Origin: Tubiluchus corallicola
Lineage: Eukaryota > Animalia > Priapulida
DNA length: 64,000 nt
Direction of reading: 5' to 3'
Assembly (NCBI GenBank): GCA_030141605.1
Contig: JAQGDQ010000469.1
Location: 111,965 to 175,964 of the forward strand
In this document: piece by piece, positions 26,859-40,730 of the stretch
How positions within the stretch are numbered: the stretch's first letter is position 1
Layout of the letters: each line of letters starts with the position of its first letter
Notes under the pieces: generated by a model
The model's database searches: none
The model's input: only the letters and a program-made list of their open reading frames with translations
What the model was told of the DNA's origin: nothing
Program-made: the position numbers and the translations under genes

Positions 26859-27487
26859 GCCATCTTCACCAAAGGTAACGTAGCCTGACCACTTTTGACA
26901 ATTATGTTAATATTAAAAAACAAACAGCTCAATTTTCTGTACAAAGTCGGTCCATAAAATTAAATTTAGAATATTCACTTAGTAGCTGTTTTAATTATCA
27001 GAATTTTTTTAAATTTTGTAATTCGTATTTCTTCTTTTCTGAAACGTCTTTTAAAACTACGAATTGAACAACTTAAAATATTTGACAGGTAATGGCAGGT
27101 AATCTCTAATTGGTTATTATATCTTACCTCGTGATAAATAACTAGTTTTGATATAAAAAGTTATCTGTGTTATGCAAAAAGGTGCTAGTCATTTGAATGG
27201 CGCATATGTATATCCTTTGTAGACAAAACAACCTGCATTTTGTGGTCGTCGATACACAGAGTGAACTAAACTGCTTAACGGTAGCAAGGCTGGGGGCAGT
27301 ATTCAAACATAATCTCGTATAAAATATTTCAATGAACTTGGCAAAGTCTTACTTTACAAGATGACGATTACTATCACTTTAGATATAATGTAAGCATATC
27401 TGTTTTATAGATATTTTGTTTACAGAAAAAAATGTTTCTAGTTGTACAGTATCTATAATTGATTTCGGTGGTATATTTCATAAATGA

Positions 27488-27522
<35 letters not shown>

Positions 27523-27523
<1 letters not shown>

Positions 27524-28300
27524 CTGACGACGTCACCACTCAGACGACGGCACCATGTTCGTTGATCTGCACGTTAAACGAAAGGCCCGGACCAACAGAT
27601 TTTCACCTCGGAGTTTCTTTCTCAAATCTGGTTCACTGGGAGGAATGGGAGGCGAAGAACATCCAAAAATGGCCCTTTTGACCGTTTTCGGAAAAATTTG
27701 CAAAACGTATACCTCTTATTTCTAGAGATGGGGAACGGGCCGGAAATGCTGCTGGTAATAGTTAGATAGCGCGTTCAACGGTGAGTGTTAAAATCATTTT
27801 TTGATATGGCGGGAGGGCCGCATTTGCCCGGACCCAACTAGGCAAATTTTGCCGAAAACTGCACAAACAGCCTCTAGAAAAACTCAATTATGCAACTGCT
27901 TAAAGAAACAATAAGAACACTCGTAGAAGGAGGACAAAACTGTCTACAAATTGAGGACGTTTCGTCGGGTGAGAGAGCCATTAAACGAAAGGAAAGGGTA
28001 TGTACGTTTAACCCGCATTTAATTCTAAATTTTGGACATGAATACTGCTGCTGTTTGTTAAATTTTTATGTTTGAAATTTATGACTGTTCGATAACAAAT
28101 TTCGTGCAGTTTGCACTTTTAATTATATAACATGGGGAAAAATCATGGAAAATACTATTTTTGGAGACAGCACCAAATTTCTGGGAACTAGCACGACAGA
28201 TATATGAAAAACTAAAGAATTTTTTCTGATTTTCATTGTAAAATGTTTCACTACAACAATGACTCGTGCGTCCCACACAATTAATTGCCATAGGCCCTTA
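27523..28300 (+). mobile_element. Interspersed repeat (probable non-autonomous DNA element) abutting a (TA)n tract
   Basis: Starts right after (TA)n. 27670-27830 and 27836-28000 match 30790-30945 and 31370-31563 in inverted orientation. The right boundary is approximate. Confidence 0.55.
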
Positions 28301-28544
28301 ATTAATATACCCTGTGATGCGAAACTATAAATTACTCAACGCAAGCGAATGGGGAACAAAACAGTGGTGGAACTTTATACGTCTCGCAATATCTAATACG
28401 CATGTGAAAAGGCGTAAATAGCTACACGCACCGCAGTGCGTTTGCCGCGAAATGAATGCGTCCTAGTCGAACTCGGACAGTTTTTTTGGCACCTAACCAT
28501 CCGAATTACGCGGAGTTTGCTGCATGTGAAATGTATTCAGGAGT

Positions 28545-28577
<33 letters not shown>

Positions 28578-28877
28578 ACAGAATTAATACACAAATGAAT
28601 AAATTAATGAACATACTTTGAGTTTTTAAGATTATTATCTGGTAATTTTGAAATTGATGCAAAAATAGCTACATGTTATATGATACTCGTTTTTTAAGTG
28701 AGATTTCGTGAACAATTTCAAATGAGGCCCCATGAACGCTGTACATTCAGATGAATCGCGGAAAATGTTTAGGTGCTCTATATTTGGGGAACGTAAAACG
28801 TTTTGCATAGAAACATGCCAACAAATTACTATTATTTGCTGTTCTATGGTACTTGCTACTTACTAAAATAAACGTGA

Positions 28878-29397
<520 letters not shown>

Positions 29398-30240
29398 TAT
29401 AACACCAGTGCAAAGCTTTTGGAGAATAACGATTTTTAACGAACCACAGACAAAGCAAAGTTCAAATAGAACTCTTTGTAATAATGAAAGTATTTATGTC
29501 GATGTCCAAACGTGAAATTTAGTGATGCCATGCAGCCACGTAAGAATTTAGCAAGTGCCGTGTTGCGCAAATCTGTAAGCAATGGTTTGTTTCCTCATAA
29601 AACTACGTATCGTAGCAACAGCATCGTATAGTGCAGGAAAAGACAAGCCGTCTTCTGTGCCGCGGTGTGGAGTGTGGTGTCCTAGAGGCTGCAACGAACA
29701 GGGACAGATCGCTTTCAAAGGAACATCAAGGGCAACCGGAACGCGAAAGAAGAATCACCTTCTGTCTAAACCAAACCTGGGGGAAGAGAGTAAATACGTG
29801 TTTTTTTATTTATTTTGAACTTATTAATGGTTGCAAAGTAGCACACGAGCCGCGTTTTGAATCAGAGTGGCTCGCTGAGGGTCTCCCGAGTATGTTGCGG
29901 TGTGTGTGGCGTAGTTTGGTGTGAGCCATATGGTGTAGGTGGTGTGGTATGGGTATTTTGGTGTGGGTGGTGTGGTAATTGTGGTGGACATGGCATGGTG
30001 TTGGTGGCATAATGTGGGTGGTGTGGTGTGGTTGATGTGGGTTGGGTGTTGAATGTGGTGTGGTAGGTGTAGCATGGCATAGAGGTGTGTTGTGGGTTGT
30101 CGTTGGTTGCAGGGCAAAATTCTTTTGCAGGGTTTGGATATATATTAGTTTCGGTGGTATATATATATATATATATATATACATCCTGACGTCAAACGAA
30201 TGGACTCCACCCACAGGTTTGCACCTGTGAGTACCTTGAT

Positions 30241-30595
30241 TAGAGGTTCCATTTTAAGCAATTCTCGCTTGGAAAACTGCAGACGCAAAGCCTTTGTGGT
30301 GACACCATTCCATTATAGTCTACCTATAATTTTCTTTAATAAAAGCTGTTATATAATAACAATGTGTTATAATAATAGTCTACTTGCAAAACACCCGCAA
30401 AATATTTTGCGTATAAGTACACTTATAATCAACAATGCCCGAACATTCTACCTAGTGTTCGTTTATTTACCTAACGGAAAACCAGTAGCAGCTTTTACTG
30501 AATTAAAGTTATTAGCAGAGTATAATGGATGACGTCAGAACAATTGCTTTGCGTCAGCTGTTTTCCAAGCGAAAATTGCCAAAAAGGAACATCTA
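30241..30595. mobile_element. MITE/foldback with about 75-bp inverted arms
   Basis: TAGAGGTTCCATTTTAAGCAATTCTCGCTTGGAAAACTGCAGACGCAAAGC is mirrored by GCTTTGCGTCAGCTGTTTTCCAAGCGAAAATTGCCAAAAAGGAACATCTA. Confidence 0.75.
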
Positions 30596-30789
30596 GTTAA
30601 CTCGTCGCTACTCCTCTTAGTGGACGTGTCCTAAAATGTAGCTCACATCATCGTGTAGCCCTGTTCTTCCTCTTTCTAAAGAGCCATATATAGAGTCCCA
30701 CCAGGCGCCGCAAGAACGTTTTTTCTACAAGCTCTTTGACCAAAATTTCGAAAAAATCGGGAGTTGGGCCCGAGAAAACGCCCGTTGCG

Positions 30790-31563
30790 TTGTGCCCTGA
30801 CCCTCCTGCAAATTCTAAATATGCCTACGACACCCACCGCTGAGCATGCTATCTATCCATAGCCAGCACTACCCATGGCCCATTCCCGTTCTCCAGAAAT
30901 AAGAGGTATAAGTTTCGCAAAAAACGCCCGAAAATGGTGGGCCCGATTCGAAAAATAAATCCCCAATGAGACCACACTAGATCGAGACCTTTCGTTTGAT
31001 ATATAGATGGCCGCAAATGGTGTGACCATGATGTTGATGACGATTATGATGATGATGGCGACAACGGTGACGACACCTACAACACCGACACAAACAGCAC
31101 AGCATCACAGCAAAACCATTCAAAATATTTTGCACAAAGTCGAAACAGTGTGCTGTAGTCTTAAACCTATCTACCAATGATCAATAATGCGCGGACATTC
31201 AACAGTTTTGTTTTGCTGTTTCTTAGATGATAATAAGCTAACAGAACTTATTTATGTACAATCTGTAACACTGTAGAATGACGGGTGGAGACGGCGCCTA
31301 GAACAGCCGCACAATTTCTCAAACTCAAAAACGGATATTCCAAACAGGGTGCAGCACAGGGGGTAGAAAAAGAACTTCGAAATAGACCCCTCCCGTTTCG
31401 CCCATCATACATCTCTCCTAGTGAAACCACCAGCACTTTGTAGACCATTTCATCGTCTTTCTAGTATTGTGCTTATTTTTTTCTTAACTTGCCCAAACAG
31501 TTGCACAAATTGAGTTTTTCTAGAGGCTGTTTGAGCAGTTTTTAGCAAAATTTGCGTAGTTGG
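30790..31563 (-). mobile_element. Inverted, diverged relative of the 27.5-28.3 kb repeat
   Basis: The reverse complement contains TATACCTCTTATTTCTGGAGA and CAAACAGCCTCTAGAAAAACTCAAT, both also present in the 27.7-27.9 kb copy. Confidence 0.6.
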
Positions 31564-32287
31564 CTTCTTTTTGCGGGGTTTTTGTCTAGTAATAATTATT
31601 GCAACTCAATATCTAAACTCCCAGACCAGTAATGCTGCTAAATAACATGTGATTTAAAAATATTATGCCAAGCAGTTTCCTTTACAGATTACAAGAAGTT
31701 TTCAAACATGTTAATATTATACACAAACATTTTCCATGAACAGTGAAATAAGTTCACTTCAAACTAACTTACAAATATTGAAAGGACAGACGCATGCCAT
31801 TACACACACAAATTTGCGAGTTCTACTTTAACCAAGAAACTATTGAATTAAGCGAAAGGTTTATTTTCTATTTTTTTTTTACTGTTCAGCAAAAATTAAA
31901 AATAATTAATGTTATGATCGAGAATCCAAAACTAATAATTTTGAAAAGTGTTTGCTGTGCGTGTAACGTAATAAACTTTGCAAGCAAAATAAGATGCGTT
32001 ATTAGAATGTCAATATCGTTATTTATTAAACCTTTTTTTCAAACTTTTATTTGAGATCTCATTCCAATTGTAAATGGAAACGCTACCTAAAATATCGACT
32101 GCTTTCAAATTCAAATGTAAATAATAATTTTATTTTTTGATTATTTTTACTTTACTTTATAATAAACTTTGTTTTACTATTTGTGTCTTGATGTTTTCTT
32201 TCGTTGGTTATTAGTTTAATTTTAAATTTTGACACAAATGACCCAGATACACTCTTAAAACAAGCCGTACTTCCATAATACCTTTAC

Positions 32288-32875
32288 GCTATGTGTAAAT
32301 ATAGGTTTTACACGTCAAATGTTACACACAGGAAAGTTCAAATGTGACTTAGGTAAGTCAAATGTAGGCATAGGAATTTCGAAATGTGTTTTGGTAACTC
32401 AAATGTGACTTAGGTAAGTCAAATGTAGATGCGGTACTTTGAATAAATCGGTAATTAACTCATTTAAGTTCAAATTACGAAAAGATAAAACGAAATTAAA
32501 ATTATATTTTATGGTCATGGTGCTATCGGCAGCATCACTTCCCAATGAACAGTGAATCACAAATTAGTTTTTTAAGTAATGCATTAGCACTGCATTAAGG
32601 AATTAGTTTCTTTCAAGAAACATTGCTTATCTTAAGAACCTATCCTAACAGTTCCAATGGTATGTAAAGTTTACAGAATATTAGTGAACTATTAGTAGAC
32701 CTATAAAGTTATTATTTTGACGCCTATCCACATTTGAGATACCAATGTCACATTTGACTTACCAAAAACGCTTAAGAATTCTTGAAAACCATTGTTAACA
32801 CATTTGAACTACCTATGTCTACATTTGAGTTAACGTCGGTCTACATTTGACATGTAAAACCTATATTAAACGTAG
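32288..32875. mobile_element. Foldback-type TIR element with inverted about 21-bp subterminal repeats
   Basis: AATATAGGTTTTACACGTCAAATGT (32298) versus ACATTTGACATGTAAAACCTATATT (32843-32867); repeated TCAAATGT on the left arm and ACATTTGA on the right arm. Confidence 0.75.
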
Positions 32876-32934
32876 TATAGCTATGAAGCTATTTTTTAAG
32901 TAAATAATATGTAATATAGCAGTTAAATTTTATT

Positions 32935-33212
32935 GGAGAAATGTACCACTAGCAAACTGAAAAATCTTGCCAAATGAATAAAGTAGTAATGTAACCGTGA
33001 AGTTTTACTGACGAAGCGTAAAATACTGGTGAAGTGTACCACCGGCGAAATGTACCATTGTCAAAAACAATCCCGGTAAAACGTAGTACTGGAGGAAAAT
33101 GTACCACTGGCGAATTGTGCAACTGGCAAATTGTACCACTGGCGACCAGTACAACTGGTGAATCGTAACATTGGCGAATTGTAAAACTGGCAAAATGTCA
33201 ACTGGCGAACCG
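32935..33212. repeat. Degenerate about 16-bp tandem repeat (CTGGCGAAATGTACCA-like)
   Basis: Recurrent CTGGCGAA/TGTACCA modules. Confidence 0.7.
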
Positions 33213-33782
33213 AACTGGGTGCACCCAACTAGGAAAACATCATAATCCTCTTTTTTTCGTATAACATAATTTGATACGAATTAAGCTCCCAATTTTTTGT
33301 ATTGCACAAAATGCGAAAGACAGCATCCAATAATGTTCTTTATATCACGCCAAGCGCTTTCAAATAATACGGCAACAAGAGAATCTTGCAAAACATGTAA
33401 CTAAAACTGTACCAAAGTATATAAGTTGTTACAGTACATATTTTTCTTTAAATGTTTCGTTGAACGCCCCATCGCAGTGTAACATTAGACTGTAACATTA
33501 GTGTTACTTAATCGGTTGTTAAGAGCCAGGTTAAGAGGGGCCATCCTATATAGGTGTAAGAAGAGAAGCCACCAGAATGCTAGGACTAAGCTCGCGTGTC
33601 TAATAAAAACAGTCAAAAAAGAAAAAAAAATCGCTCAAATACAAAAATCATGCGGTTCGATTTTGTTACTAAAATTTTTAGAGTGAACCAATTAATTTAG
33701 CACGTTTTTCATTTCAGCTCATACAGTCGGTATACGTTTAATTGTCTGCCTTTTTTCTGCTTCTGTCAAAGTTGTACGAAGG

Positions 33783-33940
33783 TTGGGCTAAAGTTTATAA
33801 ATCCCCACACAAAAGGAAATTAGTTCGTGAAGTGGATTGTGATTAGGGTCAAGGTTGGGGTTTGGGTAGGATTAGGATTAGGGATAGAGCTAGGGTTAGG
33901 GTTAAGGTATTGTGTGGGGAATTGTTCACTACTTCCGAAA
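33783..33940 (+). mobile_element. Short interspersed repeat with internal degenerate TTAGGG tract (copy 2)
   Basis: Homologous to 18881-19013, with an internal inverted pair CCCCACACA / TGTGTGGGG. Confidence 0.65.
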
Positions 33941-34531
33941 GCTGTACATACTTTTTTAATTCCATGTTCAACCTGAAATAGAAACATTCTAAAAACCGGA
34001 GAGACGTTTAGCCCGTAATAGAAAGCCCTGTTCTACATTATTTCTCTGTAAAATCATCGTGCTTCGCTCCATGTACAAATAGTATGTTTAAATAACGAGT
34101 TAGCCCTGTACAACTCCTAAGAAATGCTTTCAAATTAGCTAGACAAGGTCACAGGGGCTTAGTAAGAGAGACACGGCGACATAACTACCGTGATGAGTTT
34201 CATCATAAACACTATTAATTATTAATTAAAATTTCTGATACTTTAGCGATGTTAGTTAGCCGAGTTGGAGTTGTTATATTATTGTGGGTAACTGGTTTTT
34301 ATTACATAGTGGGTAACTGGGATCATCAAAGAGCGAAAAATAGTAATAATAATTTCTATTTTAACCTTTTTTCATTGCCCGTTGTTGGTAACAGTAACTG
34401 CACCTGCAAAAGAGTTTGCTCAAGCTCCTGGCGAGACAAGAGTTTTGTTGTTGAAAATTTCTCTAACACTTTTCGCAGTTATTAAATAAGGTCAACTTGA
34501 CTTTGCCTCGACTTTGCTTTAAGTTTAGCTG

Positions 34532-35247
34532 TCTGACATGTACACCATCTGACAATGTGCAATGTGCACCATCCGACAATATACACCATCCGACAATGTA
34601 CACCATCTGCCAATGTACACCATCTGACATGTACACCATCTGACAATGTACACCATCTGACAATGTGCACCATCCGACAATATACACCATCCGACAATGT
34701 ACACCATCTGCCAATGTACACCATCTGACATGAACACCATCTGACAATGTACACCATCTGCCAATGTACACCATCTGACCTGTACGCCATCTGACAATGT
34801 ACACCATCTACCAATGTACAGCACCTGACATGTACACCATCGGACAATGTACACCATCTGACAATGTACACCATCTGACAATGTACACCATCTGACATGT
34901 ACACCATCTGACAATGTACACTACCTGCCAATGTACACCATCTGACAATGTACACCATCTGACATGTACACCATCTGACAATGCACTCCATACGACAATG
35001 TACACCATCTGACAATGTACACCATCTGCCAATGTACACCACCTGACAATGTACACCATCTGCCAATGTACACCATCTGACAATGTACACAATCCGACAG
35101 TGTACACCATCTGACAGTGTACACCATCTGACAATGTACACCATTTGACAGTGCACTCCATACGACAATGTACACCATCTGACAATGTACACCATCTGCC
35201 AATGTACACCATCTGTCAATGTACACCACCTGACAATGTACACCATC
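34532..35247. repeat. 16/17-bp minisatellite (TGACAATGTACACCATC), about 43 copies
   Basis: Direct tandem array; source of the MVYIVRWCTLSDGVH pseudo-ORFs in all minus frames. Confidence 0.95.
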
Positions 35248-35897
35248 TTAAAATCATGTACTTCTCAACATGTTAAAACATAGCAATTGACATAGCGATA
35301 AGCGGAATTGCCGAAATAATTATTTTCAGTGTACAATTCTAATAAGCCTTTTCACAGTTTCGTTTTGCGCACGCGCAATTGCTGTACATCAAATGCGTTG
35401 TCTTGTACACTTAACCTTTGACCTTTTCACGATTATCATCAATCGCTAGAACTATGAAAAGGCTTATTAGCTTATGATGAGAATAATATGCAAGAATTAG
35501 CTTGCATGCTAAGCGTTTTATTCTGAGTTTTCGTGTTTAGCCTTACAGAAGAAACAAGCAGCAACAAAGTGTGCGAAAACTATGATATAAACAGACGTTT
35601 TATCGTCACAATATTTTGACAGATAAATTGCAACAAACAAAGTGGGGGAAACGGTGTGCACGAATTTATTTAGATTCGTCACCTCAAAATATTTTGAGAG
35701 CTTCGCCTCAATAAGCTTCCCGAGGGAGAACAAGTTTAAGAGCTGAGTTTTCTACGTGAAGAAATTTGGAGTGGAAAATAGAGAACGCGAGAGTGATAAA
35801 TGTATTTGTAATTAAATTAACGTAAAAATTAAAATGTTTGGTAGTTCTGTGATGCATTGATAGAAGCAGAGGGGAAAGAAGGGGAAAGAGGAGAGAG

Positions 35898-35899
<2 letters not shown>

Positions 35900-35992
<93 letters not shown>

Positions 35993-35998
35993 GAGAGA
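35900..35998. repeat. (GA)n microsatellite
   Basis: Direct run. Confidence 0.95.
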
Positions 35999-36534
35999 GG
36001 GGGGAGGCGGGAAAAGGAGTTAGAAACGGAGAAATAGAAAGAAAGGAAGAGAGAGATAAAAAGAGAAAACGGGGCTTCATTAAGCCTTTGTAGCTTCTGT
36101 ACTGATTTATTATAAATTTACAGCAAAGCGTGATGATGATGATGACAACGATAAAGACGGCAACGACGGTGATGATGATGACGATGCTGATGAGAAGAAC
36201 CAAGATAACAGGGATTATGGCGATGCTGACGATGTTGGTAGGATCATGCATCACAATGATGTTGCTCTTTACAGAAAATTGCACACTTCCAACGTGCCAC
36301 GGAAGACTTCAGTATTTACTTGTGAGTGGTAACAGCCCTGCGACTAGTGAGGTTAAACACATGCCCAAACTATTATAGCCTGCACTTTGGTTTCAGCATC
36401 CACTATTTCCTGTTGTCATCATTCTTTGCCCAGAAGACACGATGGGCTCTGCTGCTGGGGAAACATGATATGACGTGGACGCCCGGAAAGTCAAACAACC
36501 TTTAAGTCCAGCATAACTTGAATACTTATTTACT

Positions 36535-36975
36535 ACCATCATCACCGTTGCCATTACCATCATCATTATTATATTTAATATCATCGTCACCATCATCGGT
36601 CGCAGTCATCATTGTTATCATCATAATTATCGTCGTCCTTTGTGTCATGATCATCGTCCTTGTCGCCGTTATCATCATCATCACCATCACCATCATCGCC
36701 ATAGTCATCATCGGCGGTGTTGACCATGTAATCGTTATCCTCCTCAGTGTCATCGTCATTATAATTGTCATCGTCGCCGTTGTCATCATTTTCATCACAA
36801 TCACCGTCGTCATAATCATCGTCGTCGTCGTCGTCATCATCTTCATAACCGCCATCGTCATCATCAGCATCATCCTCATCGTCATCATCGTCGTCGGCGG
36901 CGTTTACCTTATAATCATCATTATTTTCAGAGTCATCAATGATCTCAGCGTCATCAGTCATCACCACCAACAATG
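36535..36975. repeat. Degenerate (ATC/GTC)n low-complexity tract
   Basis: Decayed trinucleotide periodicity, open in several frames. Confidence 0.8.
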
Positions 36976-37802
36976 ACAATGATAAAATTATAAGAATAAT
37001 AACAACAAAAGCAACAGCAGAGCAACTAAAACAAAAATAATTAATTTGTTTTCATTTTTTCTGATACTGGTCTAATCTAATTCCAAATTAAACTTATTAT
37101 CTGCAACCATTAGTATTTGTTTGCAAATCAGAATGAAATTGTAATGAAACCGTTCATCAATATAAAATTAAACTTTTACAATTGTTAATGCTTCACACAT
37201 TGTACAAAAGAGGAAAATCAGAAAATTTAATGAAATTTTAATGATTATTTATTTACATTTCATTTGTTAACGTACGGTGACATGAATTGTATTATTCATA
37301 ATATTATATCTTTGCTCAATTTTTTATACACTTTTATTATATTTCATAATATTTTAGAACATTGAAAATGGTGTCGGTAACAAGAAAGTGTTTTATTTTA
37401 TTTTAGCATCTATTTTTCTATAATTTATCGGTGTGTTTTGTACAAACGTAAGATACTTCATTGCAATAGAATTATATCTACGACTTATAGTAACTTTCGT
37501 AGCATCTTTGACTCAATCTGTTACTACAAAATATTATATAATTATCATAAACAATATTAACGTGATCCAGTATCACTTATATGTGCAAAAGCTTGTTGAT
37601 AGGCCATAATGAAAATAACAATTTCGAATACAATCATGATTTCAATTGTAAAGTTGGTTAAAACTACGATTTAAAAAAATTCGCAAATTTGATGCATAAT
37701 TCCACAGATAAATATTTGTATAAATATATACAAAGACAAAATGTATATATACATATACACAAATGTATATATATATATATATATATATATTCGTTTTGTC
37801 TT

Positions 37803-38000
37803 GGGTTGTATGACCGAATTGTTTAGATTTCGGACTGCAATTACGCAGTCTTGAGTTCGATACTAGCAGCTGCCAGCACCAGGGCATATAACCTAAGAGT
37901 TATTCGTTGTTTGTGCATTGCGTTCTTAACTATATTGTTGTAAGTGTAAGTTACTAAATAGCCGTTAGTACTAATGTTAGATTAGCGACGGTAAATAAAT
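37803..38000 (+). mobile_element. Degenerate tRNA-derived SINE (or tRNA pseudogene)
   Basis: A-box-like TGACCGAATTGTTTAG, anticodon-loop-like GGACTGCAATT and B-box-like GAGTTCGATAC with tRNA-like spacing. The stems are broken, and an AATAAA tail lies near 37994. Confidence 0.5.
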
Positions 38001-40596
38001 GTTGTGTTTTGTTTTTATCTTTTTGCCTTTTACAATCAGCCATTAAAACGCATTGAAATCGCACTTTCAGTCAATAAAAACGTTGCTTGCATAATTATTT
38101 TGTTCGAGCGTTTGTATTTACCATGCGACTGACTCGCTACAGTTGCTTGTAGCTTATATTCACATGAAGCAAAGAAGCAAAGAAGTAGAAACTGTTATGA
38201 CAGCGCCGCTTGTTCGTTGATAATTCATGAACGAAAGTTTTCATGCGCCAACTAAATATTTTGTTCATTCTATATCCGTATTATTGTAAATAGCTGTCAA
38301 CCGAAACACGCTAAAGATGCAGAGATGCAGTAATTAATGCAACTTTATGACATCTTACGCAAGAACCTGGTGCAATTCCAACACAGAATATGAGTCCATT
38401 ATAGCCGCTCTGTGTAGGCCACAGCTGTCACTGCAAATTATGATCTAAAGTCTGGGTTGTATAGTTTTATAGTCGACCACTATATAGTAAATAACTTATC
38501 GGTTTCGACCTACAATCGCTGGGAAAATTTCGCCGAAGGGGAAATTTCGTAGTGCTAAGATTGTCTGAAGTTTTAATTGTGAAGAAAATTTTAAATCTTG
38601 AAAAACTGATATTTTACAAAACGTCTGGATTTATCATGGTTACAAAGTGTGGTAAGATACGGTACAGCTTTAGTGATTTTGTCCATTGCATTCTAAAGTC
38701 ACAACTACTTATTCTTAGCTGTATTTTGTTCGTTCGTAGCATGCCACATAATATATGAACAGCCGAGTTTAATAGGGTCTAAAATAGTATAAAACTACAG
38801 GTAGCAAGTTTGGTCATGTAGAGCGATATATTCGTATAAGGTGCGCACATGTAATAATGTCAATAACGCATTTAATAGGGCCTGTGCTCTTGAGTTACAT
38901 TTTGCTAATCGTTTTGTGAAAAACGTTTTATCATAAGAAGTTTAGAGCACGAAAAACGTCTTATTAAACCCTTGAATGATTGAGCTGTAGACAAAGACAT
39001 CGTATGCATACGCACTTGCCTGCGCTGCGTTTTGGTATGACAAATTTCAGCTCAATGTAAGATTTTTAACATTTTAATTAAAAATTGTAACACACGCAGA
39101 CATATAACCAATTATTTGTGTATATAATTTACTGCAGGCTCCGTCTTCACAATTTTGATGCGGCTGAATGTTGAATATAATTGACTGGAAAGCAGAGAAA
39201 AGATTTCAAAAGGGAGGCAGTAGAGCTCACAATACTCCTGTTTAACCGCCCCAACCATGGCTAAGTGCATTCATATGCAGCTGTCGACTCATGTAGCTCG
39301 TGTGTTGATATTTTTGTGGGTTATTTATAATAAACATCACCATTCCAACAGCGAGTAATATTAGACACCAAGCTTGCCGCCGTTGCCAGCAGATGCAAAC
39401 TCCGACTTTATACAAAGAACTTAATAAACTTCTCAATAAACACTATAGTACCAGTCCAAACCAAATAAAATGAAAAAGTCCCGCTAGGAAAACTCATTTA
39501 ATTTCACGATACGTGTTATCAGTCAGGCTTATCGGACAGAATGAAATCTCTGATGAAGCCATTTTTTTGTTTTCCGTATTTTTGTTTTTCTTTTGGACAA
39601 ATCAAAATACAAACAAAAAATACAGTCCAGATGAGTAGCGCATCCGGTGAGCTACATGTTGTTTTATACTTACATATGATTTTTGACGGCTAATTTTGTA
39701 TTCTACGATAATTGTCTATTCAATCCAATATCGAACTCTACCCCTCGTGCAGCTTGTTTTGCATGATTTTGGATATTTATGTACGCAACGAGCACACGTT
39801 GCGCAGAACATAGCTTTAGCCTGAAAACTGAAACTCAACTTGACAATAAGGCCACGTACTCATGCCTTATAATTACTCATATGCAGTTAAGTCTAATCGA
39901 ACGGGCAGAATTGCCGAATTTAATTTACTGTGACGATTATTCACTAATTACCCATTTTTTCTCAACATGAAATTGACTTTTTAATTTTAATGCTTCTTTT
40001 AACTTCGCACCGTGTGATCTAGGCTCATCAGTCTTACGTCAGTTTTCTGCAAACATTTTTACGACCACTACGGCAGATAGACAAGCAAACAAACAGGCAG
40101 AGTAGATCACCACTATTTTATTTTAAACTGAATGATTGGAACGGGTGACTTTGTAATGGCGCCAGAGTCATGCTTCTAAAGCGTATTCGACTCATTGTAC
40201 ATTTTAATACAAGTCATGAGCACACAGTTTTCGCATCGTATCAGATTTTGTTATTTTGTTTTGCATCAATATTTATGTAACAAATGCTTGTCGTCAAGCC
40301 TTCTGTTTACTCGACTCTATAACGTTAACATGCCATAACTGTTCACAACCTGGACGATGTTTTAAGAAATGAAAGAAAACCAACCAACATTAATGTAAAT
40401 ATATGTATGTTTATGAGTAAACGTGGAAAACCTGCACTGCTATTTTCCGTGTTGTTGATTTTCTAAACAAAAATGTTGACGTATTCGACATTATCAATAA
40501 AACCTATATGGAACGTATTCTCTTCTTAAATTCATCCAAGCCTAGTTTTTATTTATCAGAAATATTCTGAAATAAATTCTAAAGTGTATGTATACA

Positions 40597-40730
40597 TTTT
40601 TTACCAAATGTTATCAAAGCTTGAGGGACACATAATATATATATACAGAGCTGGGCGTGGTTATCCAAGTATAGGCTAGTATACGCAACAGCCTAGGGTT
40701 CCTCAAGCTCTGATAACATTTGGTAAAAAA
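40597..40730. mobile_element. Hairpin/MITE core with 30-bp inverted arms
   Basis: TTTTTTACCAAATGTTATCAAAGCTTGAGG versus CCTCAAGCTCTGATAACATTTGGTAAAAAA (one mismatch). Confidence 0.75.

Noticed and set aside
34463-35246. Cys/His/Trp-rich repeat proteins or CRISPR-like array
   Set aside because: A 16/17-bp tandem unit that is not a multiple of three gives the same peptide in all frames, and there are no spacers.
36518-36979. Asp-rich acidic (biomineralisation-like) protein
   Set aside because: Decayed (ATC)n tract open in several frames, with no signal peptide or clear splice sites; similar tracts occur at 6.5, 7.2 and 36.1 kb.
37803-37870. Functional tRNA-Cys gene
   Set aside because: Acceptor and anticodon stems do not pair well and the boxes are degenerate; it is better read as a SINE head.
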